Notes: generated by a model from the sequence alone, not told the origin. Shown: positions 36,301-50,328, counted from the first letter of the whole stretch. The stretch is DNA of 63,942 nt, filler included, from Octopus bimaculoides (GCF_001194135.2; 5 parts of 5 records of this genome joined end to end with filler, not necessarily neighbours in it); one strand, 5' to 3'. Numbers and translations: made by a program.

Positions 36301-38589
36301 ATACATCTAAAAAGAAACAGCTTAACTCACCTGCTGACACAAATGCTAAAAAGTTTCCCTATGAGAATATAAAACATTCCGAAAAAATAATCAGAACCCA
36401 CTTACGATCTGCGAACAGAAATATAGCCAACTAGGTGACATCTCAGGTTGAAAAGTTAATAGACTTAGTTTAAACAAATAAGCTATTAGAATGTTTTCTT
36501 TTGCAGATATATCACTTGATGTTGACATCAGGTCAGAAACATATTGGATTCAATTTCTCGTGGGGCTGCATCGCCCTGTTCTTTGAAAATCCAAATCGAT
36601 TTTATGTCATAAGTGGTAAAAGGCAATACACAACAAGAATACTGCTGAATTTTGTGTTTATATAGTCATTAGAAAAAGTGATTGCTTCTTTCGCAATTTT
36701 TATAGTTGATATTGTCGGCTCAAGCAACATGTGGAGAGTATCATCCAAAGAGGTTGGAAGAATGTATGAAACATTTTGATAGTTTATAGATATCGAACAA
36801 CTAATATATGTCGAATAGACAGTACCAACAGATTTCCAGTATCCAGGAGGGAAAATAGTCTTTATACTAACGTTATAACATTCTGCTCATTCTGTCATTA
36901 TAATGGGGTGCTAGGATACCATGCCATTTCAATTAACGATATCTGTAATATAAAATAGTTACAACTGACAATATAAGCCTTGTTGAGGTTTTGAAACGTC
37001 TATAGTTTGACTTTTGATTTTATTTAGATTGCAAATATCCCTGTAAACAAGATATTCAATGGGTGATGCAATACATTGATATTAGTGATTCTTTAATTCT
37101 AACAAATTAATAGGGAGGAAAAGTATATAGACTGCTAACAAATACTATTTGACTGTGTAAAATTTCCGTATAGTCAAAGCGACGTTTAACAGATCGATTT
37201 TCATTTCAAACTCATCTAAACACTTTAAAGCGAAATTTCAAATAATTGATTCTCATCAATAATGTTCCTTCTCAGATAATATACCAAACACAGCTAATCG
37301 AAATATTGAGATAGTCTGCAATAATATTAAATTTTACTTTGCTATCTATACCACCCAAATTTTGTCAACCAAACGCGATAGAGCAGAATAAATTCTTTAA
37401 TAAATTTAAGGAATATGTTTGCAGGAGGAGTTTATATCAAGAAATAATCTGATAATTGAGATATCACTATAACCTAAGTATCATCACAATCTATTTGTAA
37501 AATAAGATTAAATAATAAAGATGACTGTTTTAAAACAAGAAATTAACTTCTATGAACTATAAATGAATAGGACATAGATAAAGCCAGTAATAAGTCTAGA
37601 TTTCATATCCACTGCATAGGTTTCATTGTATATATTGGAAGTGGATATAGTTATATTGCGTAGTTCACTTTAATTTGGGTGATAGGAAATATTCTAATTC
37701 TATTTGTAACAAGTTAGCTTTGTATCTATCTTTCTTCGTCTGAAGAGCAACTTCTGAAATAATTCCAAGCTTTAAAGAGATGTATCTAAGAGTTCTTTAG
37801 AACTTTTACATACATCTCTTCTAAAACTAGTAGCATTAGTGGTAACCATTGACACTCTAGCAATAATACTTTAATGAACGTTGTAATATTTAGTGCAAAT
37901 GACCGCATTATTGTATTTATACTTAATGACTAGACCTGTGTTAATATTATGACAACTTAATATTACAACTGCATTATTTTCAAAATCTCATAATAGAAAA
38001 TGGAAATGAAAGCAAACACTATTTCTCAAGTAAGTGTCAATCTGTGCTATTCTCTTTACTTCTTAGTCAATGAAATCCTCTGCTGGGAATCAGATCTATA
38101 TATAATTTAATGAATATCGGAGATTTCAAAAGCGTTTCATTTCATGTTTTCTGATTATACTTTAAATAATTTCAAGATATTGATTTTTTTCTGTCAGATA
38201 TTTTACCTGACCGGCCGGTGTGTAGGAGGAGTTGTTAGAGCATCAGGTAGAATGTTCTGTCATAGTGTTCCGGTTCTTTGCACATTGAGTACACATCACG
38301 CCGAAGTTATCTTTTTCTCTTTATAGGATCTAAAAATAAGATACCAACAATAACTGAAGTTTATTCGTCTCTCGCTCTCTCCTCAGTCTGCACAACGGTT
38401 TGGAACGGAAATAAAAATGACAGTTCTTATCGGTAAACTATTTGATATTTCCCTACCTTGTAATTCTTTTTGTTATAAGCTTATGTTAATTATATCGATA
38501 TAAACCCATTAGATTTTGCATAACGCATTTTATCATGTGCTACACACAAGGGTGCGCATGTAATTGCACACAAACACACACATATATAT

Positions 38590-38790
38590 ATTGGCTTCAA
38601 ATTTAAGCAGTTTTGGAGGATGGTTATGTTGATAACATCGACACCAGCTTTCAACTGCTACTTATTTTATCGACTCCGAAAGGATGAAAGGCAAAGCTGA
38701 CTTCGGCAAAATATTAACGCACACCGTAAAGACGGTCGAAATGATGCTAAGCGTTTTTCCCGGCGTCCTAACGATTCTACCAACTCGCAG
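38590..38790 (-). mobile_element. SINE-A
   Basis: gaaaggatgaaaggcaaagctgacttcggc body. Confidence 0.75.
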
Positions 38791-39344
38791 CCAGTTGTAC
38801 ACAAATATATAATGATTAGTCGCTTGTATTTCACGTGCGTCTTTTGTTAAACGGGCGTCATGAACATCTTTCTCCGCAGTATCGAACTACTACATAAAAC
38901 CCCATTAGATTAATTTGGAGAACAAGCCTTGTATAACTTTTTTTTGTCGGCTATATTACTGCAAGTGTGAATACTGAATTCCATGAGAATTATTCTGAAT
39001 CGAAACCTCAGTATAATTGATAACAAGGTAGATGCTAGATAACGAAATTGGTGTTAAAGTAGAAATTTTAAAGTAGAAATGTTAAAGTAGAAATTTCTTT
39101 TCTTGATGTTATCACAAAAATTCCGAACTAATGTGATCCGTGAAAATTACACGTTTAAAAAAAAAACAACTTATTTTTATCTTGATGCATTATTTACAGG
39201 TTTTTGTAAATTGATTCATCATATCAATAATTTAGATTATATCTTTGATTTCGTTCAGTAGTTAAGGTTACTGAAATTCTGACACTTGAACACACGTCGC
39301 GACAAGCAGAGCAATATTACAGATATCTCTTTTATTTTCTCTTT

Positions 39345-39560
39345 TATCCCTTTACTTGTTTGGGTTATTGGACAGCGGCTATGATTAAGAGCTGCTTTGA
39401 AGAGTTTAGTCGGACAAATCGGCCTCGGGACTTATTTTTAAGCCTGCTACTTATTTTATCTTTCTCTTTCTCCAAACTGTTAGATTACGGAGGCGTAAAC
39501 AAACCAAAAATGGTGGTGGGGTACAGACACAAAGACACACAAAACACACACTCGTGTATG
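39345..39560 (-). mobile_element. SINE-B tail
   Basis: Similar to 4070-4270. Confidence 0.65.
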
Positions 39561-40225
39561 TGTGTATATCTATCAGAACGTTGTAGTTCGCTTGAAGCAT
39601 TGTGATATCGATGGATATGAAAAGAGAGAAAATAGACAGCTTCTGACAATGCGGAAATTTTAATTAAACCTTAATATATTTCGGTCTTAGCTCCATCTTC
39701 AGAAGCAAGGCCGGCCCTAGGTTTGCTGGCGCCCAGGGCAAGCTGAACTTCGGCATGTACAAGCTGGTGGTCGTGAAGATTTCTTTGTCGTTGTTCAGAA
39801 GGAAAGAACAGTCTAAGAAAAGTCATGTACGATCCATTAATCCATTCAAACTTTACAGCGTTTATGTAACAGCAGCAGTTACTCTCCAAATGTAGGTGTA
39901 ATCAATGTCCCACGCATTGGAGTAAACAGACAACACCCAGCTGTTACTATAAGCTATCTACCATTTGTAGTATCACAGCATAATATTCTTAATTGTAGTC
40001 GCGGTCGACTTTTAAGTGTTGTGGGAAGTCCGATTATTGGTTTGAACAAATCTCGGCTGCTGTTATAGGCCATTCTCCATCTGTTGTGTGGTATCATAGG
40101 AGCCACCGGCTGAACCCGATTGACTGTTGATTTTCGGGTTGAAGCGGTGGAGATTACCTGAGTTGTACTCAGAGGCTGGTATTTCTGCATTTTCAGAAGC
40201 TGTCTATTTTCTCTCTTTTTATGCC

Positions 40226-40272
<47 letters not shown>

Positions 40273-40329
40273 CAATCATACATATAAATATACACACATN
40301 NNNNNNNNNNNNNNNNNNNNNNNNNNNNN

Positions 40330-40500
40330 NNNNNNNNNNNATATATATACCCACATAGTTTCAATCTACTAAATCCTCTAAAAGGGCTTCGATCAGCCCA
40401 ACGACATAGTGGGAAACACTTGCCCTAGATGCCAGGCAGTGAAACTGAACCCGAAACCATATGTTTGGGAAAGAACCTTCTTACCACAGAACCATACCTG
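40330..40500 (-). mobile_element. SINE-B head
   Basis: aactgaacccgaaaccat...cttaccacagaacc. Confidence 0.7.
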
Positions 40501-43500
40501 AGCCTATATCTAATGGCATTAAATGATTCACTAAATAATGAATGCCGACAGCTTTATTAAACAGATAAAACCAATTACTTGATAGTCCTCAATCCAACTA
40601 AAAGCCTCTGTCTCAACCTATTCCTCTTTCTCCTCTTTTCTATGCCCGAAAGCTAGGAAAAGCCATACACCAGGACTCAGTCCCAAAGTCAAGACTTCCA
40701 GTCTTAGTCTTTGCTGGCATCTCATCTTTATTGTGTTTCATTCGATTATGATCTGTTCGTGATGATTTATGGCCTCGTGGGACTTGTATGTATGGGTATA
40801 TGCATGTATAGTGGTTGAGATATTTGGATGCATATAGTTAGTTGGTTGTTTGTATTATCCGTGTGATGACTGGTGCGTGTATGTGCGCGTACGTGTATAG
40901 AAGAATGTTGTGAGTGATGAGTGCTGTTTGTGTGAAGATTGACTTATTTAAGGTTGCTGCGTACGTGAAAAGTTTGATTTGTGTGTGTGTGGTCAAAGTA
41001 GGTGTGATGGTTAATAAGTCCGTATGTGTGTGATGGCTGTCTATGTGTATGATAGTTGAATGTGCTTGTGTATGATGATTGGTTCATGTTTGTGTGTGTC
41101 TTTTGGCATGTGTATGAGATGAACGGTGTGTTTGTGTGCGTATGTGCGTGTGTGCGCGATGCGTGCAGTGGGCGCCTGCATGTGTGTTTGTTTGTATCTG
41201 TATGACGGCCACAATTCAACACATCATCTTTCGGTAATAGGAATGAAATGGAGTTGGGATTTTTAAAAATATTGAAATCCATCATGAAGACGACGAAGAG
41301 TGTGTATAAAGGAACAAAAATGTCCAAGACTAACGATGAGCAGGTTATATTCAATTTGGTTCGTTGCCTTTCTTTTTCCTGCAAATTACAGAAAATTAAA
41401 ATTCATAGATTGAGTGCTAGATCTTTCAGCGTATCCATTTCATAAAGCCGCAGAAATATAGACTACTGTCCCACTTGGTGAAGTGCGTACATAAAACCTA
41501 GAGGTTTATCAGTGAATTCGATACTCTACCGCTGTTTATACTACCTTCCATATATATATTATCGATTTCTCTTTTCAAACAAGAACCTAAAGCTCAACAT
41601 TTTGTGATACAGCAGAGTAGTTAAAAATTGACCTCATATTTAAAGTACATATGTTATCGACTCCAGAATTCTAACTCAGAGAGTGAAGCAACGTAATCGA
41701 CATCAACAGTAATCTAACTCTTTTCTAAGTCTGCTGTAATTTAAGTCTGCCGAATCTGTCATCAGCTACTGCCCTACATTTTTAGTGATGCATATCATAT
41801 AAGGTAATATAATTTTCCCAATAAAATCATCCGGAGAAGCAACTTATTTCTTGCATTGCTTTACAAAACAAAAAAAAAAAACTTTTCATTTCTTTGTAAA
41901 CGAAAACAAAATCGCTATAAAAGAATATCTTATTCGGATAATTTATACATATGTATATAAGTATGAGCCAAAACAGAGTTGTATGTGCTCATAAGACCAT
42001 CTAATATAGCTGCCAAATTTCTATTCAGGCTTTACCATGAAGGGTAAGACAGACAGTGTAATCCTAGATATTCCAAAGTAAGGGATTGTCACGGACAGGA
42101 CATCTTTGGTCATAGGTCTTCTTAATCAGGACTGCGGTAATAAAAATATATTAAAGAGATCCTTTAACTCTTATTTCTTTAATCTCTATCCTACTACTTT
42201 CAGCTGAACTTTTCTGTAATTGAAGCTGCATCCCACATATTTCTGCTTGAATAGATATTTGTATAACTTGGCCCTTCGTTCACTGTACACGCGCCAAACC
42301 TACTCCAAGTCCGTTAAAGTTCATTGTATCGCTTCTATCACCTTATTTTGCGTTCAGGCAATTAAGATTGGGAAGAAGATATTTTACAAGTACATTCCTA
42401 TATTGCAGAATCCGAATGCTATTCATTCCTTTGAATAGGATTTGATATTATCTTACACTTGTCTGAGAAACTATTCCACGACAATACTACTTCACATCAG
42501 ATAATGTAAATTACATTAAATGTATATGTATTATTGAAACAATTTCTAACCTTTTACAAATGTAATATTTCCCCATCATTAATATAGATCAATCTATTTT
42601 CTTACCAAAATAAAAATGTCATCGAGTTCATAAACATTGATGCTATGAGTAAATAAGAAAGCTTCTTCACCGCCATTCAACTTGCCAGAAATAGGAGCAG
42701 AATCGTTCTCGAGTTACACCATGCTTTCTTCAATCAAAAGCAACATATTAGATAATGTAGTTCTTGATATAAATATATAGGGTATAGACGTCATGTTTAT
42801 GACCCGAATACCAATTTTCATAGCTTTGCTTTATAATTAAAGTTAAGTAACAGCTTAATTATTTTCTAGAGATAAAAACAACACAGTTGATAAATTATTG
42901 CAGAATACGGAGCTAAATGCTTAATTTGATAGATGGAGAATATGATGCAGGTAGTTAAAAGAATATTTTCGAGTCCTTTCGAAGGAATTGTTACTCTCAA
43001 ATCTATAATTCTAAGAGCGGTTTATATATATAGATACATATATAGATACATACATGCATACATGCANNNNNNNNNNNNNNNNNNNNNNNNNNNNNNNNNN
43101 NNNNNNNNNNNNNNNNNNNNNNNNNNNNNNNNNNNNNNNNNNNNNNNNNNNNNNNNNNNNNNNNNNNNNNNNNNNNNNNNNNNNNNNNNNNNNNNNNNNN
43201 NNNNNNNNNNNNNNNNNNNNNNATATATATATATATATACTAAACTACCCGTGACCTTTTGGTGTCACTATCGCAGGAGAGAACTTGAGTTTCTGTGATT
43301 ATTTAAAATACATTTATAGTAGAAACGATGATATCACGTATGTCATTTATAACTAGGATTGACATAAAGTTTCCGCTATAAATGGAGTCAAAAACTTCTT
43401 TGAAGTCAATAAAAAGTTGTATAACTTTCAAGGTTTTTGATCTGACGCCTTGGAGTAGCCTCTGCAGGGTGAATATTTGTCATCTGATCTTTACTGTCTG

Positions 43501-43719
43501 AAACCATTTTAATTTATTTTGAGTTTCAGGTGTACATGTGGTCTTATTTTGTTTGGTGACATTCAGTTGTAGATTTTAGATGCAACCACTGACAAAGTAA
43601 CTCCTCTGTAACTTACTGTATATTCCAGGTCACTTTTCTTGTGTAGGGACACTGTTCCTTCTCTGAAGTTATTTTGTCAAATAATCCAGTGCATCCTTCA
43701 TACATGCTTTACATACCTC

Positions 43720-43910
43720 ATTTACCTTATTTACATTTGATGTCTATTTGTCCTCATCTTGTTTGTTGTTAACACAAGGTTTCGGCTGATATACCCTCCA
43801 GCCTTCATCAGGTGTCTTGGGGAAATTTCGAACCTTGGTTCTTATTCCGTCAAATGTAAATAATGTAAATAACGTATATAATTCCTCATCTCTTAAATAT
43901 AGAACTGTAT
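43720..43910 (-). mobile_element. Penelope-type non-autonomous terminus with a minimal hammerhead motif (43771-43816)
   Basis: GACAC CTGATGA A GGCTG gagggtatat CAGCC GAAAC C TT GTGTT; flanked by inverted ttatttacatttga / tcaaatgtaaataa. Confidence 0.7.
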
Positions 43911-44029
43911 GCTTTACATACGTCAGTTGATATATGAACCAAGCTTGTAGCATAGCTGCTTTGTGTCTTTCAACTGCATTCTAAAACCACCAGCACCAAT
44001 AAGCAGTGGGCCAAATACCTTGTAAGTAT

Positions 44030-44400
44030 TTTTCCTTCAACTCTCAACGGTGATTGTCCAAGTAACTTAGCAAAGTGCTCTTTCCACTACTTTACTCTTC
44101 CCGCGGGACTTTCAGCATCTATCTTACCCTGGTTGATTTTCTTTCTTCCAGTTATTTCATAGATAACACTCTATGCAAGCTTAGCTTTTCGATTCAAGTG
44201 GGTATTATGGAGTAATTCTACTTTCTCTTTAATGTAACTTTCTAGTTCTTTGATATAAACATCATACAAATGTTTGCTTTTCGTGGTTTCAAATATATTT
44301 TGTGTTGCGCAGCCTTTTTATGTGCTTCAATGATGTTCTCATACACTGTGTTGGCAGAACTGTCTTGAGGGGCATGGTGTCTGTTTCCAATTTCAACTGA
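44030..44400 (-). mobile_element. RTE-like LINE ORF2 linker fragment
   Basis: YENIIEAHKKAA..ESYIKEKVELL..KLA*SVIYEITGRKK..GRVK*WKEHFAKLLG. Confidence 0.55.
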
Positions 44401-46369
44401 TTAATTTTTCTTGAGGTTCTCATTTATGTTTAGAGTAGAACGGTCAAAGGGAATTTTCTCTGTAACATCGAAGTGGTAATCTGACCCTTGTTGTGATAGA
44501 ACGATGATAGGAATGTAATTGTGGCAAGAAAGAGTTATACGTTTTTTCCATTTATTATTTATGGAATTAAGGTCAAGTTGACTTCGAGCACCATTTCGAC
44601 ATTTACATGCTTCCAAGTTTCTTTATATATATACAGTGAAAAACAACTTCACATGTACTTCGGGGAACCTAATATAATATATACGTCAAAGAGAATGGCT
44701 CTATATAGATCCCAGCTTCAGAATTTTTCCCCTCTATAAATTCAGGGTCTATGCAACCTGTAGTCAGCGCATTAGCAAGGAGTCATATTTTAAAACAAAA
44801 TATAAATCCCTTTTGAATGCGTCCACGACAAATGACACTATGACAAGGGTTTAGAATAATACCCACGCAAATATTAAAAAGCGATATATTCAGAACAGTC
44901 ACTGCCTATTGGAATTTATTCAGAACTATTCCAATCACTACTATTACAACCACAACCGATCACTTTAAGTCACTTTTAGGTCCAACATCCTACTCCTGCC
45001 ATAGCAGTCCCGCATTGTTATAATTCTTTCTCTTCTTTTCTTACTCCCTCTTCTTCTTTTTCTTCTTCTTCTTCTCCTCCTTCTTCTTCTTCCCAAGAGT
45101 AACAAAGTGAGATAGAGACAGAAAGAAAAAAGAAAATATCCCTTGCATTTGAAAACTATGGAAATATTTTTAAAAAAATATTTCATTTAATTTTTCCACT
45201 ATTTAATTGTTTTTCATGCTTTACTCGAAGTTGAAAAAGTCACAAAGACTGAAACCGGTACTAAAATGTTCTTCATGACAAAATTATTTTAGTATTTTCT
45301 ACCTTGTCTTATCCCATCCGCAACTATAATGTTATATATATTTTCTTTTTTAGAAGTATTCTTTTCAACTGTCTACAAGCACAGCCNNNNNNNNNNNNNN
45401 NNNNNNNNNNNNNNNNNNNNNNNNNNNNNNNNNNNNNNNNNNNNNNNNNNNNNNNNNNNNNNNNNNNNNNNNNNNNNNNNNNNNNNNNNNNNNNNNNNNN
45501 NNNNNNNNNNNNNNNNNNNNNNNNNNNNNNNNNNNNNNNNNNNNNNNNNNNNNNNNNNNNNNNNNNNNNNNNNNNNNNNNNNNNNNNNNNNNNNNNNNNN
45601 NNNNNNNNNNNNNNNNNNNNNNNNNNNNNNNNNNNNNNNNNNNNNNNNNNNNNNNNNNNNNNNNNNNNNNNNNNNNNNNNNNNATATAAATGGGACAAGA
45701 ACGCAAAACATCCAGACATTTTGGTATTTTTGATATATAAAAATAATTCTTCGTTTCTATCTGTTTTGTCATGATAACAAAACCCTTTAAGCTCATCTTG
45801 TCCAATCTGTTTGTTTTAAAATGTCCTGCAATGAGAGTTTTATTATATTTTGTAACTTCAAACATCAAACCTAAAAGTTCATTGTAAAATCTCTAATTCT
45901 GCAAGATTTGTACACTGTAACAATAGATTATGGTTAGCTTTGGATTTTCATTGAAAGTTGCTATCATTATTCTTGTAGTTATAAACTCAATATAAAGCAA
46001 AAATTCCTTATGTTTTTGGACTGGAAATCATGCCTGCTCTTCCGATAGTCGAACTGTTTTAAGATTCCCTCATCTGAACTGGATACAAGTTTTCATCCTT
46101 TTCCTAAATTATGACTTAAATCGCAAATCAACGGAGCTCTCTTATTGAAGAAAAGACAATTTAGAATCCATATATTGTTCTTTTACTTTAATTCCCTACA
46201 GCAATAATAAATTGAAATAATTGGATGTCTGTATGAAATGTCTACACAGAACCCAAAGTTCTCACTCTTTTAGCTTGAACGCAGATGTCAACTATGCCCA
46301 TAAATTATAACTGAACTCGAGGCATATTGAATTGTACTCTATGCTAGACATAGTTTCATATTTGAAACA

Positions 46370-46520
46370 GGGCTAGCAGTCTTTGAGGGGATGGGTAATT
46401 CGATTACATCGACCCCAATACTTGACAGGTATTTATTTTGTCGGCCTGAAAAGGAGGAAAGGCAAAGTCGACCTTGGTAGAATTTGAGCGCTAAGCATTT
46501 TTTCGGCGTGCTAACAATTC
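46370..46520 (-). mobile_element. Degenerate SINE-A
   Basis: aaaggcaaagtcgaccttggtagaatttgag body. Confidence 0.7.
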
Positions 46521-48518
46521 TGCAAGCTCACCACCTTATTCTATGCTAATAACAAAATGTACATTCGCTTTCTTTCCCACTCGTTCGCAATTTAACTACA
46601 AATTTTTAACTGTTGACTTTTAAATCTACTACTGAACACTATATCAGTCTTCATACTAATTATATCTTTCGAGAGTGAGAGGCGCTTAATGACCAGGCTC
46701 GTTGTGGCTTATAGTCTTACAGGTTACATACGTTGACCCGCTCACAGTGACGCTATTGAGTGTTGTTTTACAGATGTTAAGTGTACAAGGGAAAACGTTC
46801 TGTCATTTGCCATTTATACCGTACTAATATTGCCATAGAGCCCATGATATGTGGGCACTGGCCATAGAAACATTGTAGTATAAGTATAGGAATGTGTAAT
46901 GTTTTGATGCAGACATCTGCAAATCAGAATTATAGAGTATTGCTTCAATTTTCTATACGAAAAAATCGAATACCCTAGAAGTTGAAATAAACTAACGGCA
47001 ATATTTATCTAGGACTCTGCGATAAAGTTAATTGTAGTAATCTTAGAGAACTTCATTGAGAACTTTATTACTACACCTATGACCATATGTGTGCGAAAGG
47101 AAAAATGATTAGAGTTAATACATATGTCATGTAATATATGATCTGTTATATCAACATATGCTATGAGATAGCTGATGTTTAACTTTGTTAATTTATAAAA
47201 GACATGAATCTGAAAATGATTATATACTGAAAAAAGCATAACACTTACAATTGAACAGCATTTTAGGTGTTGACAGGCATCATTCCAGATGTATGATGCA
47301 GGCAAATAAGAAAAAAAACAAGTATTTTTTAACATATTGTGTTAGTTGTGATTATAGAGTATTAAATTAATGTGTGGTATTACGTAGTATAAAAACAATA
47401 TTGAATCTGCTAAAATAGCATAGCACAGTTTATATATAAAACGTCATCTGTCTTTTAAATGCAAACTACAAAAACGATATACTGTGTACTATCCATCAGT
47501 ATTTCTTTAGCATATCACAAAAACAAATATATTTTCAGATATTTACAGATGTACTGTGAAATATTTTCGGTGAGTTTTTCGCAAGGTTAAAAAGAAGACC
47601 ACAAGTGAGGTGGCATTCGTTTATGACTTTGTTTCTGTGAATGAAATTTTAAAAATTAAAGGTCATGGTTCTCTATGAAAATAATTAATCATAATATTTT
47701 TCAAACTAAAATATTCATAACGTGTCAATAACTAAGTGTGGTGTTGCTTCTTTTTTAGACGTGAACATTAATATACTTGGACCAATATACTATCTCTTGA
47801 TTCAAATTATGCCAAATACATTTATAGCTGAAAAAACACGATGAGACACGTAGTAACACATTACGTCTGCAGGAACCTTTCGCGCTAGAAAATATTGGAA
47901 TACATCTATTACTATAATAGATGTATTGGAATACATCTATTACTTTGCTTAGCTATAAGCTGGCTGTCATCAGTAGTGTCCAGCTTAGCTACGTGCACAC
48001 ATCATCGAAAATGATGTGAAGAGCAAACGTTGCCAGTATTTAGAAGAAAAACAAGCCGGTTTTCTGGGATTTTTGCTTGCTTTTTGTTTTGTTTTGTTTT
48101 TTGCTTCTTTTTTTAGGTCTAGTAGACCTAAAATGATTTGTAGCAAGACAAAACAAAAACGGCCAGAACGGAAGCAATATATTTAAGTGGAACATTACTA
48201 AATAATTCAAAGCGGCAATAACTGTTGTATTTACATGGATTGTTGTTTCTGTAGATATTGCTACTATTTCTGCTGCTTTAGCGGCAATGCTTTGATGGTG
48301 GTTATTAGAGTTAATGCGTTTTTGTATTTACAAGCATGTGTTGTGGAGCTAGCTTTGACATACCAATATAGCAATAGTAGAGCCAACGGGTTGAAAAGTT
48401 AGCTTTTACGATGTCACTCAATCTACTCGAAATAGTAACCAATTGTTCTTTCTCAAATGACACTCTACCATCTTAAAACCAAAGACGCATTGGATAATTT
48501 AGTCTTTAATATATAAAA

Positions 48519-49253
48519 CTAGCAGAGATACCCGGCGTTACTCGGGATTAAAATGGTATAGTTTGTATATATATTAGAGTTATGTTGAAACAGGGGATAC
48601 GGAAAAGTGTAGCATTAACAACAAAACATTTGTGAAGTAAATGATGAGCTGATTCAAATAAGCGGCATGTCATGCCTGTTTGGAGTATTCTAGACCCTAA
48701 CATGTCATGGAAAATGGGGGTGGGGATTATGTGATTTTTGAACGCACCGAAAAGCTGCGTCAAGCATGAGCCATCGTCTGAAGTTTTTACGCCACTTTCG
48801 AGTTTGTTGTCCTATATCACTCATGAAATAAATTTGGAGGAAGTGTAGTTGTTGATTTGTGGGTGACAGGAAAGCAATGAAGTGACAGACTTGGCCTTGA
48901 ACTTTGAACGTTGGCGTAAATCCATGTTCAACCATCCCCTTAGATGCACCAAACGATGTCATTTGAAATGTAGAGTTGTATTATCTGATACTGTTCAGAA
49001 AATTCTTTGACTAAACGAAAGTGCTTTCCAGAAGTGGTTGAGAAGGAGCTGGTAGTGCTGGCAATCTTACCGGCTGAGCAGCGCAAGGAGTCGTATGGGG
49101 TGGGGGAAAGGGTCGTATAGAGGCAACGGCTAAACTTTGACCACACCCCACTCCAGATCCTTCTCCGACTAATGATAAACCTTCATGCCAAATTTAGTGC
49201 ATATTGATCCAGCGGTCTCACCGTGCACACAGAGGATTTTATATATACGTAGA
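48519..49253 (-). mobile_element. Non-autonomous Helitron with a RepHel N-terminal fragment
   Basis: A|TC 5' end; 3' hairpin cccg..cggg then CTAG|T; internal CSAGKI..YNSTFQMTSFGASK..GFTPTFKVQGQVCH..FLQIYFM. Confidence 0.9.
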
Positions 49254-49289
49254 TACATATATATATATATTTATGTACATACATATATA

Positions 49290-50328
49290 TATGGTGGTTG
49301 TCTACTCCTTATGCAGAGTTTGACCACCTCTTGTACCTACACTTTAGCACCATCATGGCATCTGATGTGGCCTTTTTAAACCAGACAATGTTCTGAAAAG
49401 ACACCCACATAGATTACACCTCCAATCTGGACCTCCAAGAGCTGCAGATAAGTTCTGCTCTTTGTGGATCTTAAAATGTCTTTTGAGGCCTCCGTTGGAT
49501 TTGCAAACCTTCTGGCATACACTGCATTCAAAAGTGTGCACAGACTTATAGTCATAATAGTTGGTGGAGGTTTGTTTTCCATGCGTTCGTAGATGAGATT
49601 TGAGCCCAGCAAAAGACAGGCATGGTCTGTCAGACTGTGCACACAAAAAGGTCATTATCATTCACCTTCTCGATCGTTACATTCTTCCTTAAATCTCCTT
49701 TGAGTCTTACTTGTGTTATCCTGGCCTCTTCAAATGCTTTCACTCCACTCCACATCTTTGTGCGCCATCTAATTCGATCCGAAGCAAGGGTTTCTATATC
49801 TTCTGGAACCATTTCCAGTGACTTCATACTACTCCTTATGCCGTCCTTAAACCTCTTTTTTTTTTTTAGGTTTACGCCGATAGCGTTTCCCCTCTATTAG
49901 CTCACCATAAAACAGCTGTTTCGGCACGCGTTCATCTGGCATTCGAACAATATGGCCACACCGTCTCAATTGGTTCCTCAAAATCATAGCTTTGAGGTGA
50001 TGCCTGCAGATGCAAGGACATCAGTGTTTGGATTAAAAGAACTCCATTTAATTTTTAAAATGCGATGAAGGCATTTTTGGTGGAATTGTTCTAACAATTT
50101 AAAATGCCTTTCATAACAAGTCCTAGTTTCACAGGAATACAACGGGGATGATAAGACATATAATTTGTAAAGAGCCAGTTTTGTATTCTTATTTATATGT
50201 CGCTGGCACCTAAGACGTGACTCCAAGCCACCAAAGGCTTTTGCTGCCCTTTGAATTCGTAGCTGTATCTCTGTATCAAGATTTTCATAATTTTGAACAG
50301 AGCTGCCAAGGTAGACGAACGAATCGAC
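49290..50328 (-). mobile_element. 3' part of an RTE-clade LINE with three C-terminal C2H2 zinc fingers
   Basis: VDSFVYLGSS..EIQLRIQRAAKAFG..LYSCET..FHQKCLHRILKIKW..DRIRWR; fingers C..C..GLKSHLRTH, CSVCQKVCKSNGGLKRHFKIH and CNLCGCLFRTLSGLK.HIRCH (first and third frameshifted). Confidence 0.9.

Noticed and set aside
39708-39755. GC-rich hAT-like TIR (ggccggccctagg...ggcgcccagggc)
   Set aside because: No partner TIR or TSD found.
49353-49661. Host C2H2 zinc-finger gene
   Set aside because: Contiguous with an RTE RT C-terminus and RTE-like 3' end, and frameshifted.
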